64,000 nt of DNA from Takakia lepidozioides (taxonomy: Eukaryota > Plantae > Bryophyta), in NCBI GenBank assembly GCA_030704615.1, contig CM060732.1, positions 45,136,001 to 45,200,000 on the forward strand, read 5' to 3'. Both the position numbers and the translations under genes were made by a program. The notes beneath the pieces are model-generated. The model had not been told where the DNA came from and ran no database searches. It saw only the letters and a list, made by a program, of their open reading frames with translations. Below, piece after piece: positions 38,409-50,081 of the stretch (positions are counted from its first letter, which is position 1; the number at the start of each line of letters is the position of its first letter).

Positions 38409-41400
38409 TCACTCAGGAGGTGCTTGGACAGCTTTGGATATATCGAGGTGGGATAGTCTGCACGTTCCCAAAAGATACTCCGGAAGTTCTTCCTCAGTGC
38501 TTGCCTGTATTTACCAATCCATCGCAAGCATTGTTATAATCCAACACTTTTTGATGCTCATCATTGACTACTTTTTTTCAACGCTCCTTGTTTTTCATTC
38601 TCTTCTCCCATAAGCTCTTAGAGCTTTCCACGGTCGTCATAAATTACCATTTCATTTCATTTGTTCGTCAAGAGACTAAGTGGCCTCATTAGTCAGACCA
38701 TCTGTTATCACCAGCACTCAATAGACATCACCAGTTTCTCATGTAATGATTTTGCAGCATCCATCCTGAGAAGAATGAGAACTACAAAGGAAACATTATT
38801 TTAGTCCTCATGTGTACAGCAGTTTTCTGACACAATTACCTTGATGGCTATGGTTGAAGGATCCTTTTAACTCTCCCCTACCTGTAAAGTTTATTTTTCT
38901 ATAATAGGACTCTAGGACAATCCAAAATTAGGGTATGAACCAATGTGCGACACTGCTCTTGGAATTAGCCCGCAACCTATAGTCTGGAACACCCTGTCTC
39001 CCACAGTATATGCGCATCTCCAATGTGCCTATTGACAAACTTTTGTGCATTTCAAAGGAATCTCAACATCAAGTCCACTTGTTGCAGTATGATAAAGCAC
39101 TTACCTGAATGAGAAAAGCCATCTCGATGACCAGTTTACTGAGGTAGCCAACCACCAAATTTACAACACCTTTAGCAACTGATGATGACCCTATGTCCAC
39201 ATCCAACTGCATGCCCATTTGTGGGAAAATTCCTTATTCATTGTCACAGTAGCACAATTGTACTTGATCCCCACTGAGAGGAGATTGGATTCTAGTATTT
39301 CTACTTTAGTACAGACGCAGTTAGCAAAGAAAATGCAATTCAAAAACAGAACAAACAAACCAAGCTGACCTCAATAGATTTGGTCATTACATTAGAGAGG
39401 AAAAGATTATTATATATTCTAAGTGACGTTTTTGTAAGGAGAAGTTAGCTGACAAGTAGAGAAATTTCTCAGTAGAAATGTTTGGCAAGTTCAACAGCTC
39501 AGACCAGACCAGTGAAACCAAAAAAGTTGTTTTTGACATCATAAGCTACAAACACATGCTCAGAGAATGACAAGAAACTCCAACTCACCTCCAGATAGTT
39601 GCTCCCCTTGTGGTAGGTGATCTCCAAAGCTTGTCCTACCAAACAAGCTGTCTTTCCAACACTTTGTTTCACAATCCATGAGCCCTGTGTAATCCAGCCA
39701 CAGCCCCTCAGACCTCTTACAGCTTTCATCCAAGGCTGGTCAATGTCAACTCCACCTCTAGTAAGATGTGAAAAGAGACATGTAGCACTGTGAGCGACTA
39801 GGACGAGCACCACCTACTTCCCAGCAGGCATGATGCAAGGAATGATAGATCACCAACACCAGTCAATCCTTTATGAAACTCCAGCAAACAATGCTAAATC
39901 CTTGTCATTGAATGGTGGATAAAGTGCTAACAAGAGCCTTCTTTGTAGACACATGGAAGATGGACAATACAAACATAGCATTTCAGGGTCCTTTACAGGT
40001 AGGGAACTGACAGCATGCTTTTTCATCATCATCACACTCGGCGTCTTACAGGGCTCACTTATCACACAACTGTGAGGACGTCCAAAGTGAGTTAAGCATT
40101 TCTGAGTTAACAGTTGGAATGAAATTAATGGAACGAATGCTGAGATTGTTGGGTATGAAAAGAGGAATCGCAGGTTGACAAACCTTGGCAATGTGTGGAA
40201 TGAGCTTAAAACGGGAGTTCCGAAATCGATCATCTCCATGCACAAATCGTGCAAGAAGTGGAAGCTCGGAAATGGGCTTGGTGGTTATGTAGTACAAGAC
40301 TAGTGAGTATGATGTGGCTCCCGGAACCTGTGGTTACAACACACCCCCCCTTGCAACTGTGTGACTTCCAGTTTCAAACCACAACCAAGGCACATGTTAG
40401 CTTCGGCTGTCTGAAAGTAGCAGCTACAGCAGCCACAGAAATGCTGCTAGGATTCCCTTTCAATACACTACCATTTCACTAGTCGTTGTAGGTTCAACAC
40501 CACATACGTGTGTCGGATGTCATGTCCACTTTCCCCCAGAAGACAGTAGCCCTTTAAGTTATGCTTGCTTTGGCAAGAGTCCGCATTTTATTTTATTTTC
40601 ATTTTTGGCAAGTTGACAATCAATTTTTAAGAGATTCCCAGGCTAACCAAACCCTCCTGTAAATTTTTCTCTGAAACACACAAGGACCTATCCACTGGAG
40701 AAGACATTATCAGCAGAAAAAGAAAACATTGACAGACTGGGTTGTCTGCAGCACAACTCACTTGAAAATTGACAATGAAAAAGAATGAGTCCTCCACTCT
40801 GCCAGCCATTTGTTTCTGCATTCAAAGAAGTTGGAAAAGTGCCACAATGCCAATCATAAATACCACTGCACAAAAAAGAAGGCGGAAGAAAGGAAACAAG
40901 AAAGAAAGAAGCTTTAGAACATGCACAGGCAACGAGGGCCCATGGGACAAGGTAGAACAAACCAATGACAGCTCAGGATAGTGTTGCCAAAAGCAGGTAG
41001 GCTGCCAGATCTTCAAAGCAGAAGTACCCCGCTAGGGATTGGAATCTCTAAGACAGTAGTATCTCCTGGGGGCAAAAAGATAGAACAAACCACAAACCAC
41101 AGAAATAGGACAAAGAATAATGCTACTGTGGCACAACGGCAGAATGCCTTATGCAGGTACACCGCTGGGCACTTCAGGTCCTAGCTAAAGGGAACTATCA
41201 GGAATAATGTCCAGAAAAAACCCCAAAATACAAATGAAATGAAATGGTACTTTATAAAGTCTGCAGTAAGCTCATAGGGATTATGGGTGAAAGAACGAAA
41301 CAAGAGAGAGAGGGGCCCTCCACAAGCTGCCCAAAGCCGATGCTCAAGGGATTGTCTAAGAGTCAACGCCTCATGTAGGTAAGCTGCCAAGCATTTCTGA

Positions 41401-44400
41401 TCCTCTTAATGTAAGACCTCTGAGAGATCGGGTATCATGGAATAGAATGTATTCATAACACGTTGTTTGCCATAGCCTTGTGACCATTGACCCCACGCCC
41501 AGTTTGAGCGGAACACAAAGGGACACAAACTACCTTTGTCAGGGGCTGACGCCAGTAGCATGACTTACCTTGAACTAGAAAATTGATCCGAGTTTTCCAG
41601 ATATCCTCTAGAAATCCCTTCACACAACCATCAATCTGCTGTATGTGGTTTGCCCAATAACTAAACCCCAAAAGGGCCTGGGATTTTGGCTCAGCCTCTA
41701 GATAGTCAAAGTTGGTAAATGGAGGTACAGGAACAATTCCCTTGATGGATTTAGAGGGACTAGAGACATCGAGGTCCATCACAGACAGTGTTAGTCATGA
41801 ATCTCATACTGAGGAAGCATGGGTCACAAGGGTATAGCATACCTGATTGGCTAAGGCAACTTGAACAAGGTTAGTGGGTCGACTTGCAAGGTTGTCCTCA
41901 CGCTTGTTAGACTTAAACCAGTCTGCTGCCACAAATTGCATGACTGGATCCTGAGCCACAACCTTTATGTACAATCCCCATCCCCCAACCAATACTGTAA
42001 GGGTCAAGACCAAGGCACTCTTGAATACAATCAGGGAATGACCCAGTACGTAGAATCCGACAGTGTCCCTTCAAACAATCGTACTATGTCAAGGCTTCAA
42101 CAACATTGTGTTACAGCAATAGCAACCCTATTGAAGCCATGCCAACTTCAGGTAAGTCTCTGACTATGATTGACGATTGATGCTGCAGTTGCATGAAGAA
42201 TACATACTATCTATTTTAATGTACTCACCCTGAAGGAGAAATCTGGTGGGTAGTAACATAGAGCTGTTCATCAAACCCCTAGGCACAATCCCGTCTGTTT
42301 GCTGTAAGCAAGACCATATGTGCAGTGTGTTGAACCGCCAACTGAGAGAAAATGTACCTTTTTGTGATCTCGTAAGTAATTCTTGCCACGAATAAGGAAT
42401 GTACTTGCATCCGCTATGTTCCAACAGCTGATTGCACTGATGCCCCCACACTTAGGCAGCGAACCTTCTCTAATAAAAAAGTCGATGTCATCTTGGACCA
42501 TTCCGGGTTGTGTCCTCTTTTGAGCTGTCATTCAAATGGGCAACTCAATATCAACATTGAGAAACAGAAAATTCCCCAGACATTGACAAATAGTGGAGAT
42601 CCCAAGACTCATGAGTATTACGTACATTTATCCATATACATAACAACAGAGGTTAGTGGCAATGCAGCTCCTCTACCATGGACCAAGAGCACTTGCTTCG
42701 AGTAGAGCCATACCAGAAGATGCGAGCACATGCAGACGCTTCACAATGGTTGCCGCAGCTGACAATTTGGAAGCACCTCCGGTCTGCAACTTGAATCAAC
42801 AAACTCAATTTAATATTGAGGTAAAAATAAGAAACCTACTGTGCTAGACTTCAGAGAGGAAATAAGCATAGACTTCTGATAGAGTTCTTTGCTAGGAGCA
42901 TTCACCTTTCCAAGGCAGTGTAGCAATCCCCATTAACTTGCCTGCTTACAGTGGTGATGGAATTTGCATATCTGCATTTGCAGTTGAAGTCCAGTGATAA
43001 CAACCTTTGTCTTGAAGAGAACCGATAACAGCAAGAGCAACATCACACCCCAACACCAATTCAAACAGAAACCAGGATGATAGGCTACTTTGTCGCAAGT
43101 GGCTGCCTCACCTCATCTTCATAAGAGGTCCCCTCCATCTCACTGTGCTGCCGCCGGGAATCATGAGGACCAAGTTCTGGTTCCACTCCCTGTTCCCATG
43201 ACGATTCCTCAGGGACGTCATAAAATTCATCATCAGCCAGTTGCAGGATCGTGCTGCATCCATCTGACAGAGATCCAATTGTCGGATCACCATCCTGTTG
43301 GAAACCTGTCATTGATTGACCTTCCTCCTTTGCTTCTTGTGGGGACCTTCCATCTAGCGCTCGCGCAGTACAGGCTGACAAGCCAGTGGTGATTGGCTTA
43401 CAGTCTGCTAGCTTCACCTTGTACACTTCCCTGATTGCTGCAACCGCATTAAGGATCAATTGAAAATACGTAGAGGAAAAGCTGAAAGTAATTCAGCCCG
43501 GTCGAGAAACTGATAACCACCTCTATCCGTCTGTTGCAATACATTAGCTATGACAGTGCACATTTTGCTGTCACCTTCTTGAGAGAGGTATATAGTTGGT
43601 CTCTAATAAGAGAATAACTGTGTTTACAGCACAATCAAGCAACTTGACTTGACTCTGCTGAAAATGTATCTGAAATTGACATGTCACTAGAAGTTTTCTG
43701 CCAATTGCTGGCACTTCATTCACTTTGTTGCTTATTCATGAATTTTTCTTGTCACTGGAGGTACTAACAAAGACTACTTTGAATAATCACAACCACCGGC
43801 AACTCGTTGGACAGGTTCAATGTTCTGAAAGCTACCTGCGACACGCTCCAGAACACGGAGTGTGATGTCTTTGTCCCGTGACGGATTCCAACAAGTGTTC
43901 CAGTGTCTCCAGTCAACAGTCAGCATGTGCTTCACAAGGCATCGTTGCGAATATCCTCCATGAGGCTGCAGTGGAGATATCACATAACCTCCACCTTCAA
44001 CCATCCATAATAGTAGTTGCAAGTAGTGAACATACTGTATGGAACAGACACAGAGAATAGGCATACCCAGTTGGGAGACACTGACATCTGAGAAGAAGCA
44101 GTAGTTATTGCTTCTAAGTGGATGCCCATGACTGAAACAATGAGGAACTTCACAGTGCAGATGAAATGGAAGCCCAGTGGAATTCTTACCCCAGAGTGTA
44201 ATCAAAATCAGATGTATACAAGCTATACCCGCACGAAGTGCAGATGCAAATCTTGCCTTGTGCTCTCTCTTTCTTTGCTCCTGTCCTTCCTTTGTCCATT
44301 TTATCCCATAAGCTCTTTGAGCTTTCCGCGGACGTTATAAAGTACCATTTCATTTCATTTCATTTATTTGTTTCTTCTTTCTCAACCCTAACACCCCATG

Positions 44401-47400
44401 TGGCAAGAGGTTTAGATGGTAGAACTTACTCTTGAGCCAGGCCCGCACAAACTTTTGGCGTGTAGGGCACTTCTCATGAGTCACTGACCTGTACAGTATC
44501 ACTGAAATGCAGAGCAAGAGCACCATTAGAAGCGAATAGATAAGTTATTGCCATGAAGAAATTATCACTAAGCGATACGCTGGCTTTGGCCGGACGTTAT
44601 AAAGCACCATTTCATTTCATTTCTCTCTTGGGAGCTATAAACGGATCCTTTCAGAGTCTTAACCTCTGATATAGATGGAGCTCTGTGGCTAGGCAACCAA
44701 AGAACATGGAGGGTTGGAAGTGGGAGCACAGGATCAGCTTGCACCTACCATAAGAACCATCATCTTCACGGCGCCAGTACCGATGGACCAGCAAATCCCT
44801 GGGCTTCATCCGCCTGCATGATGATAATACAGTATCCGTTCATGGTTTGAGAAAATCGCATATGAAAGGAAACTATCCAAGGATACTGCACATGCCAGGA
44901 CAAACTTACACCCTATGCATGGAATACTGAAAGGTTTTCTATGATGGCCACTTTTCTCCGGAAACTAGGCACTTATGACATAACCTCCTGTGCAAAGTAG
45001 AGAGTGCGACATGACTGGTCAGCAAAATGCAATCATGATATGCTGTCCTTTCCCCTGCAAATATTGCTATTAAATAGTGAGTGACACACATACCAAGGGA
45101 GCCAATAATTATGAAACTGTTTGTGCACAATATCCGCATGGCCATCAATGTGCTCTATTACCCTTCCACGCAAAAAGCAGAAATCCCATCTGCATGTTCA
45201 AAGTAGCAATTCCATTACTTCCAAAATAAGGCCTCACATAGCATGTAGAAACTTATCAGGTCCTCACTCTTGGCATACAGAAGCAACTGCTTGGTGTAAC
45301 CAGAAGAAACATATTCTACTGAAAGGCAACTTAAAACCCACCACAAGGAGAACTAGAATTTGTCCAGGAGATGAGAAACAGAAAAAGGAAATGAAATGAA
45401 AGAAAGGGAAAGAAGATGTGAAAGACATTCTCTGTTGTAAAATGTCTTGGGCCCTTCCACCCCAAGAAGTTAGAGAGCATTCTGGAGGATACAGGGATTC
45501 ATTGCAGAAATTCCTGGAGGCTTATCGAAAACCTTTAGTTATGCCAGCTGTTAAAATAGGTCCTTTATCAAATATTCAAGTGGGTAGGCTACGATCTTAG
45601 TCTTCAGCTTTGCAACCGACACCTAAACCAGATGAAGAAAACATCTTAATCCAGTCCTCAAGACACGACCAGAGTATCTCTAAAGGGTCTTATATGTGCA
45701 CGCACTCTGCACGCGAGGGGCCCAAGGCCATAACTGTCTCAAAAATGGCTTCGCAAGTGGCATGCACCACACCCACAGCCATCAAAGCTGGTGGATCCTC
45801 ACCACGAATCTGTGTCACAAACCAATCCACGTTTTCAACTATGATGCAATTGATTGATGAATGTAGTGACAGGTACTTTCACTTGTGCAGATAAGATTGA
45901 AATACTTTTGTAGTATGTTCTACTGACATCCACACCAGAGCTGGTGGGGTCTGAGGGAAATTGACAAGGTTATAAGCTAATGACTTAACAAATGATTATG
46001 ATAACTCGATGGATCGGGCTTCTTTGAGGACAGACAACAGAAAAACTACCTTGCTTTTGAGTCCCTGGTGATCTGTAGTTTCCCTGAATAATCGCAGCCC
46101 TGTGACCATCAAACCAACCACATGCTCATTTCATTAATACAGATAATCCTTGAAACATGTAGCTTACTCAGTTTTTGCTTGTAACCCACCAACCCCACTG
46201 CTTGTCCTTGCAGAAAATCAATGAGGTGCCTACAAGGGATTACATTGACACTTATCCATACCATTTTTGCAGCCAAAAATCTGCCATGGTGAAGCTGCAA
46301 TTACATCTGGTGACGCGTCTTTGGATATCAAGGAGCCAGTCCAATCCGGTACTGCAAGCATGAACTATGTTAGAAAACAGTAGAGTCCTCTCCAGTCCTC
46401 CTTTAAGCAAACCCCTATACTAATCCTCTTTGTTTGAGCTCACACAGCTTATCTCAGGACCTAGTCACTGTAGAGTAGTTTATCGTTTAAATATGCAAAA
46501 GGACACAAGCAAATCCTTTATGGAGTACGATGTCCAATTCAAAGAGAAATGAAATGAAATGGTGCTTTGTAATGTCTATAAAGAGAGAGAGATAACGCCA
46601 ACCGAAGTTAGCGTAAATAAGAGCCTCTTCCCCTTGCGGGTACTGCCCCCTTTCAGAGATGGGCTCTGTTCAAAGACACAAACAACCATCCTAAGGATGG
46701 GAATTTTGATACTGTACAACTTCAACAACATGAAGAAATCCTAAAGAACCTTCCAACATGTCATCTTTGAAGGAACTAATCTCCAAAACTTAGGTGGCTA
46801 CCGAAGAGAGTGTAAACTATGATGTCTCTTCAAACAGAGTCTCAGATAATTGCTAGAAACTAAAAACTGATCGACTGGGCAAGAGCACCAAACCTGCAAG
46901 GTTGCTGGAATCGTCTTTGTACAAGTTATCTCTGCCACTATTGGAGTCCCTTACAAGCCCACTGCCTCGTCTCCCAGAAAGCCTGGGACACGGAGAAACA
47001 GACGTTATTTTTCAGACACTGGATCACAGTGGGCCTAGAGGGTTAATCCCACCCTTCCACCTACTATGAGTTTTTGAGCAACACGGACTCTACAACAGTC
47101 ACATTGACTTATAATCCTTCCATCGGAAAGTAGAGCTTACTCTGCATGCTAATGTACATTCTACATAACTATCATGAGACTTGTAGAAGCACTGCTCACC
47201 TAAACGGATATAAGCGTCTTCTCCCACCAGCAGGAACAAAGGGCATGTCTTTCCCAGTGGGTTGGGCCTGCAATGACATGCAAACAAAGAAGTCATGTGT
47301 AATGGACATCAAAGGTTGTAACCACGAACCTGCAAACCACCATAAAATGAAATACATTCACATCCCAGAAAAGAATGAAGGACAAATGAGTAAATGTCAG

Positions 47401-50081
47401 GGAAATGAAATGAAATGGTACTTTATAACGTCCACAGAAGCTCAAAGAGCTTATGGGACAAAAGGGAAATGAAATGAAATGGTACTTTATAAAGGGAAGA
47501 AAGGTGTTGTTGGGAGAAAGAAAAATAAACTAGCAACAAAACTTCACAACAAAGTTGCTCCCAGTCATTGTACCTAAGCTTATGTAGACAAATGATGGCA
47601 GAAAGAATTTTGTAAGTGTTTTAACAAGCTGTACCTGTTCAGCTGCTTCCTTGAAAGCTAGCATCCATTGCGCTGCTTCCTCTGAGCTTCTTGCCCCAAA
47701 CTGCGATCACAATTGAGTCACTGCTACTCCTTGAAATGTGGAAGCCAGACAAAAGTCACACATAATCCTCCCAGCACTGCTTTCCACAACATACATACTT
47801 GTCTTTCATCTCAAGTCTCACACAGTCAGTCCCATCTGATGAGGGAAGCCCCTGCTAAGGTGGAGACTAGACAAATAATTATAATGCAGTTGAAACTTGC
47901 ACTCATAAATCACTATTATAGGGCAATAAAGTCCCTATTCATATACCTTATCGAGATTAAAGCACTTTCAATCATCTGCATGTGGGAAGAGAACCCTAGT
48001 GAGCTGAAAAAAGAACAACAAGGAGCAGCTGGTGCTAGTATTGTGTTGAGGCCATCTTGTGAGGTCAACCCTGGGTGGGGCTGTTCCCAGACCTGAGTGG
48101 GCAAAGGGCTCCTCTATCTTTGAGAGGAAAGTCCTGGCCATAATCTGTATGACCTGAGTCAAACTCCTAGAAGACTGCAAGTAGTCAAGCCTTTTATGGT
48201 CATTAAGAAATTGGCTAGGTCTTCAAGACAAGTGGCATACACGCATGACACCAGCTCCAGCCTTCGGTGAAGGAATCTACAACTGTGGGGAAGAAAGCTT
48301 TATGGTAGCAGTTAGCAGCTCACCTTTAGTTTATCTTCGTGGTTGTAAGAGTCGTAGATTGTGAACATAAAAAGCACCTGCACTTGAAGTGGAAACATTG
48401 TGAGAGGAGAGGATATCGCACATGTTTCCACAGCAGCGTTGAGCACCAATACTCTGTGTTACAAGTTCGGTTGTTTTTCATGAGCAATAGCCCAAAGGGT
48501 TGAAATACCGGCTATGCAGCAATGTTTAAATTTTGTTGGTTCCCCTGGTTTCATTAGTTGAAATTTCCCTCAGGCACATTGGCATTCTATAAAGGCTAGT
48601 GCCAATAGAGGTTTTAATAACTAAAGAAAATGCAACATTAAAAAGAGCAAAATCTCATACAATTCCATGAATACTCTCGCGTCCATGATCAGTCACACGC
48701 ATATATGGGTCAATAATCCCACTCTTAACTGGTGCCTGCAACAAATGAAAAAATATGTAAGAAATTGTGTAGTCCGATCACAGATTGACTCAATGTAAAA
48801 CACAGATGGTTTAAGAAGTAGCCAAAGTTGGTATGAGATAGAGATCAGTAGATGGCGAGAGTTTACAAAAGTGTCCCTGACAGATTATTCCATGAGTCGA
48901 AATCCATGGGCCAGTTAGCCCCTCGTGGGTTTAGATCCCGCTACAGGAATCTCACTAGGCCTTCACCCTAAGACCTAATGCATTTGAGCTAGTGATTTAC
49001 CCATCACATTGATGTTCATATGAAAGCTATATCCCAAAAACTGGCCACAAAATAGGGTGTCCTTTGCGATCCAGACTTGATAAGAAACTTCTAGGCTTGG
49101 TGAATCCTTTGTCATTTCATTGAGAAGGATACCTCACTCACAAAACAACACTCAAAACTCAGTAAACCCCCTAGAACTGTGAATATAACTGGTCCAATCA
49201 TATCTTGTAAAGTGATCCAAGAAAATTGGACAATTTTGGTTTGAACTTGTACGTAGATGCAACTCTTGTATAATTTGTGCAACAACTCATTCAAGTGGGC
49301 TGACTGCAATACTAAAGGTACAAGCTGGCTATCCAGCTCTCTAATCAACAGACTGACTCATAAGACGTTGTTTGCCATATCCTTGTGGCTATAGACCCTG
49401 CGCCAATTTGGGCAGAACAATCTCAAATCAATAGAGAAAACTTCTTGAGTACCAGCCCTCTTCATTTGGTAGAGGAAGCCTGGATTAGTTTTTCTGGTGC
49501 TCTAAGGTTTTGAGCCATTCGGGCGATATGGATTCAGTCAGAAGCCCTCACATTTTGCACCAACTCCCATCCCCACCATTCCTTAGCTGGGTATAGCTGG
49601 AGTGCTGCTTTAAAATGATCTTATTAGAAGCCATATGTATATTACTTATAACTTCCCCCTCCCCCGCCTCCATCTCCCCCAGGACACTACACCACAAAGT
49701 CCATATCTGCTTGTGTTCTGGGCAAGCGAGCAGCTAATTCCTACACCCTCAGACAATGTTTGCAGTTTATGTGAGTGGCCACAAAAGATCATGTCGGAAC
49801 CCAATCTCCAGTTTATTTGTTAGTAAATTGCACCAAATCGTGCTTGATATGTCATACAGAGTGCGTGCATGTTTTGAGAAGCCGAGGAGAACCACGGAAT
49901 GAGACAGAAAGGGAAGTGAAAATACCTCATTCCTGTCGGCTGGATTCTCTTTGAAGCAGGAGACACGGCTAGCTGCCAGCACGAAGTAACGCTTGCGAGG
50001 ATGATTCAGAAGTAACATATTTGACTGAATCAAATAAAGCCAACCCTCCATCCTGCCTGCTTCATCATTTCTGCCTTCCAT
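38409..50081 (-). CDS. EDR2: EDR2-like PH + START + DUF1336 protein, about 20 exons
   Basis: MEGWLYLI..PRKRYFVL (PH). PPALMAVGVVHATCEAIF, RDLLVHRYWRREDDGSY and GGGYVISP (START). FLIRGKNYLRDHKK, FRNSRFKLIP, GSWIVKQSVGKTACLVG and EEELPEYLLGTCRL (DUF1336). Stop at 38409-38411. Confidence 0.93.
38590..38662 (+). mobile_element. LINE family A 3'-tail stub
   Basis: CCCATAAGCTCTTAGAGCTTTCCACGG...ACCATTTCATTTCATTT matches 33473-33529. Confidence 0.8.
41232..41425 (-). mobile_element. LINE family A 3' end
   Basis: Encodes KCLAAYLHEALTLRQSLEH (compare the end of ORF 31801..33429) plus the tail. Confidence 0.88.
41446..41760 (-). mobile_element. LINE family B 3' end
   Basis: ALLGFSYWANHIQQIDGCVKGFLEDIWKTR plus the shared terminus. 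Confidence 0.8.
44255..44364 (+). mobile_element. LINE family A 3'-tail stub
   Basis: CCCATAAGCTCTTTGAGCTTTCCGCGGACGTTATAAAGTACC followed by ATTTC repeats. Confidence 0.88.
44589..44623 (+). mobile_element. LINE family A minimal tail stub
   Basis: CGGACGTTATAAAGCACC(ATTTC)3. Confidence 0.8.
46546..46670 (-). mobile_element. Family C structured element (46581-46670) with a family A tail stub (46546-46580) joined at its (CT)n end
   Basis: Structured core at 46620-46667, cUUCGg hairpin at 46594-46615, a (CT)n run, then GACATTACAAAGCACC(ATTTC)3. Confidence 0.7.
47402..47491 (-). mobile_element. Two tandem LINE family A tail stubs
   Basis: GAAATGAAATGAAATGGTACTTTATAA occurs twice, at ~47402 and ~47466. 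Confidence 0.85.
49356..49420 (-). mobile_element. LINE family B short 3' stub in EDR2 intron 1
   Basis: ACTCATAAGACGTTGTTTGCCATATCCTTGTGGCTATAGACCC. Confidence 0.75.

Noticed and set aside
39983-40030. Intronic C/D box snoRNA (ATGATGA...CTGA, minus strand)
   Set aside because: Too short, box C is part of an (ATG)n run, and I see no terminal stem or recognisable rRNA guide.
44879-44886. U12-type donor GTATCCTT in EDR2
   Set aside because: It lies inside an intron whose flanking exons already join in frame through ordinary GT-AG sites.
46620-46667. Family C as a hammerhead ribozyme (CUGAA...GAA)
   Set aside because: It lacks the CUGANGA/GAAA core and a stem III-NUH arrangement, and the CUGA is absent in the 59694 copy.
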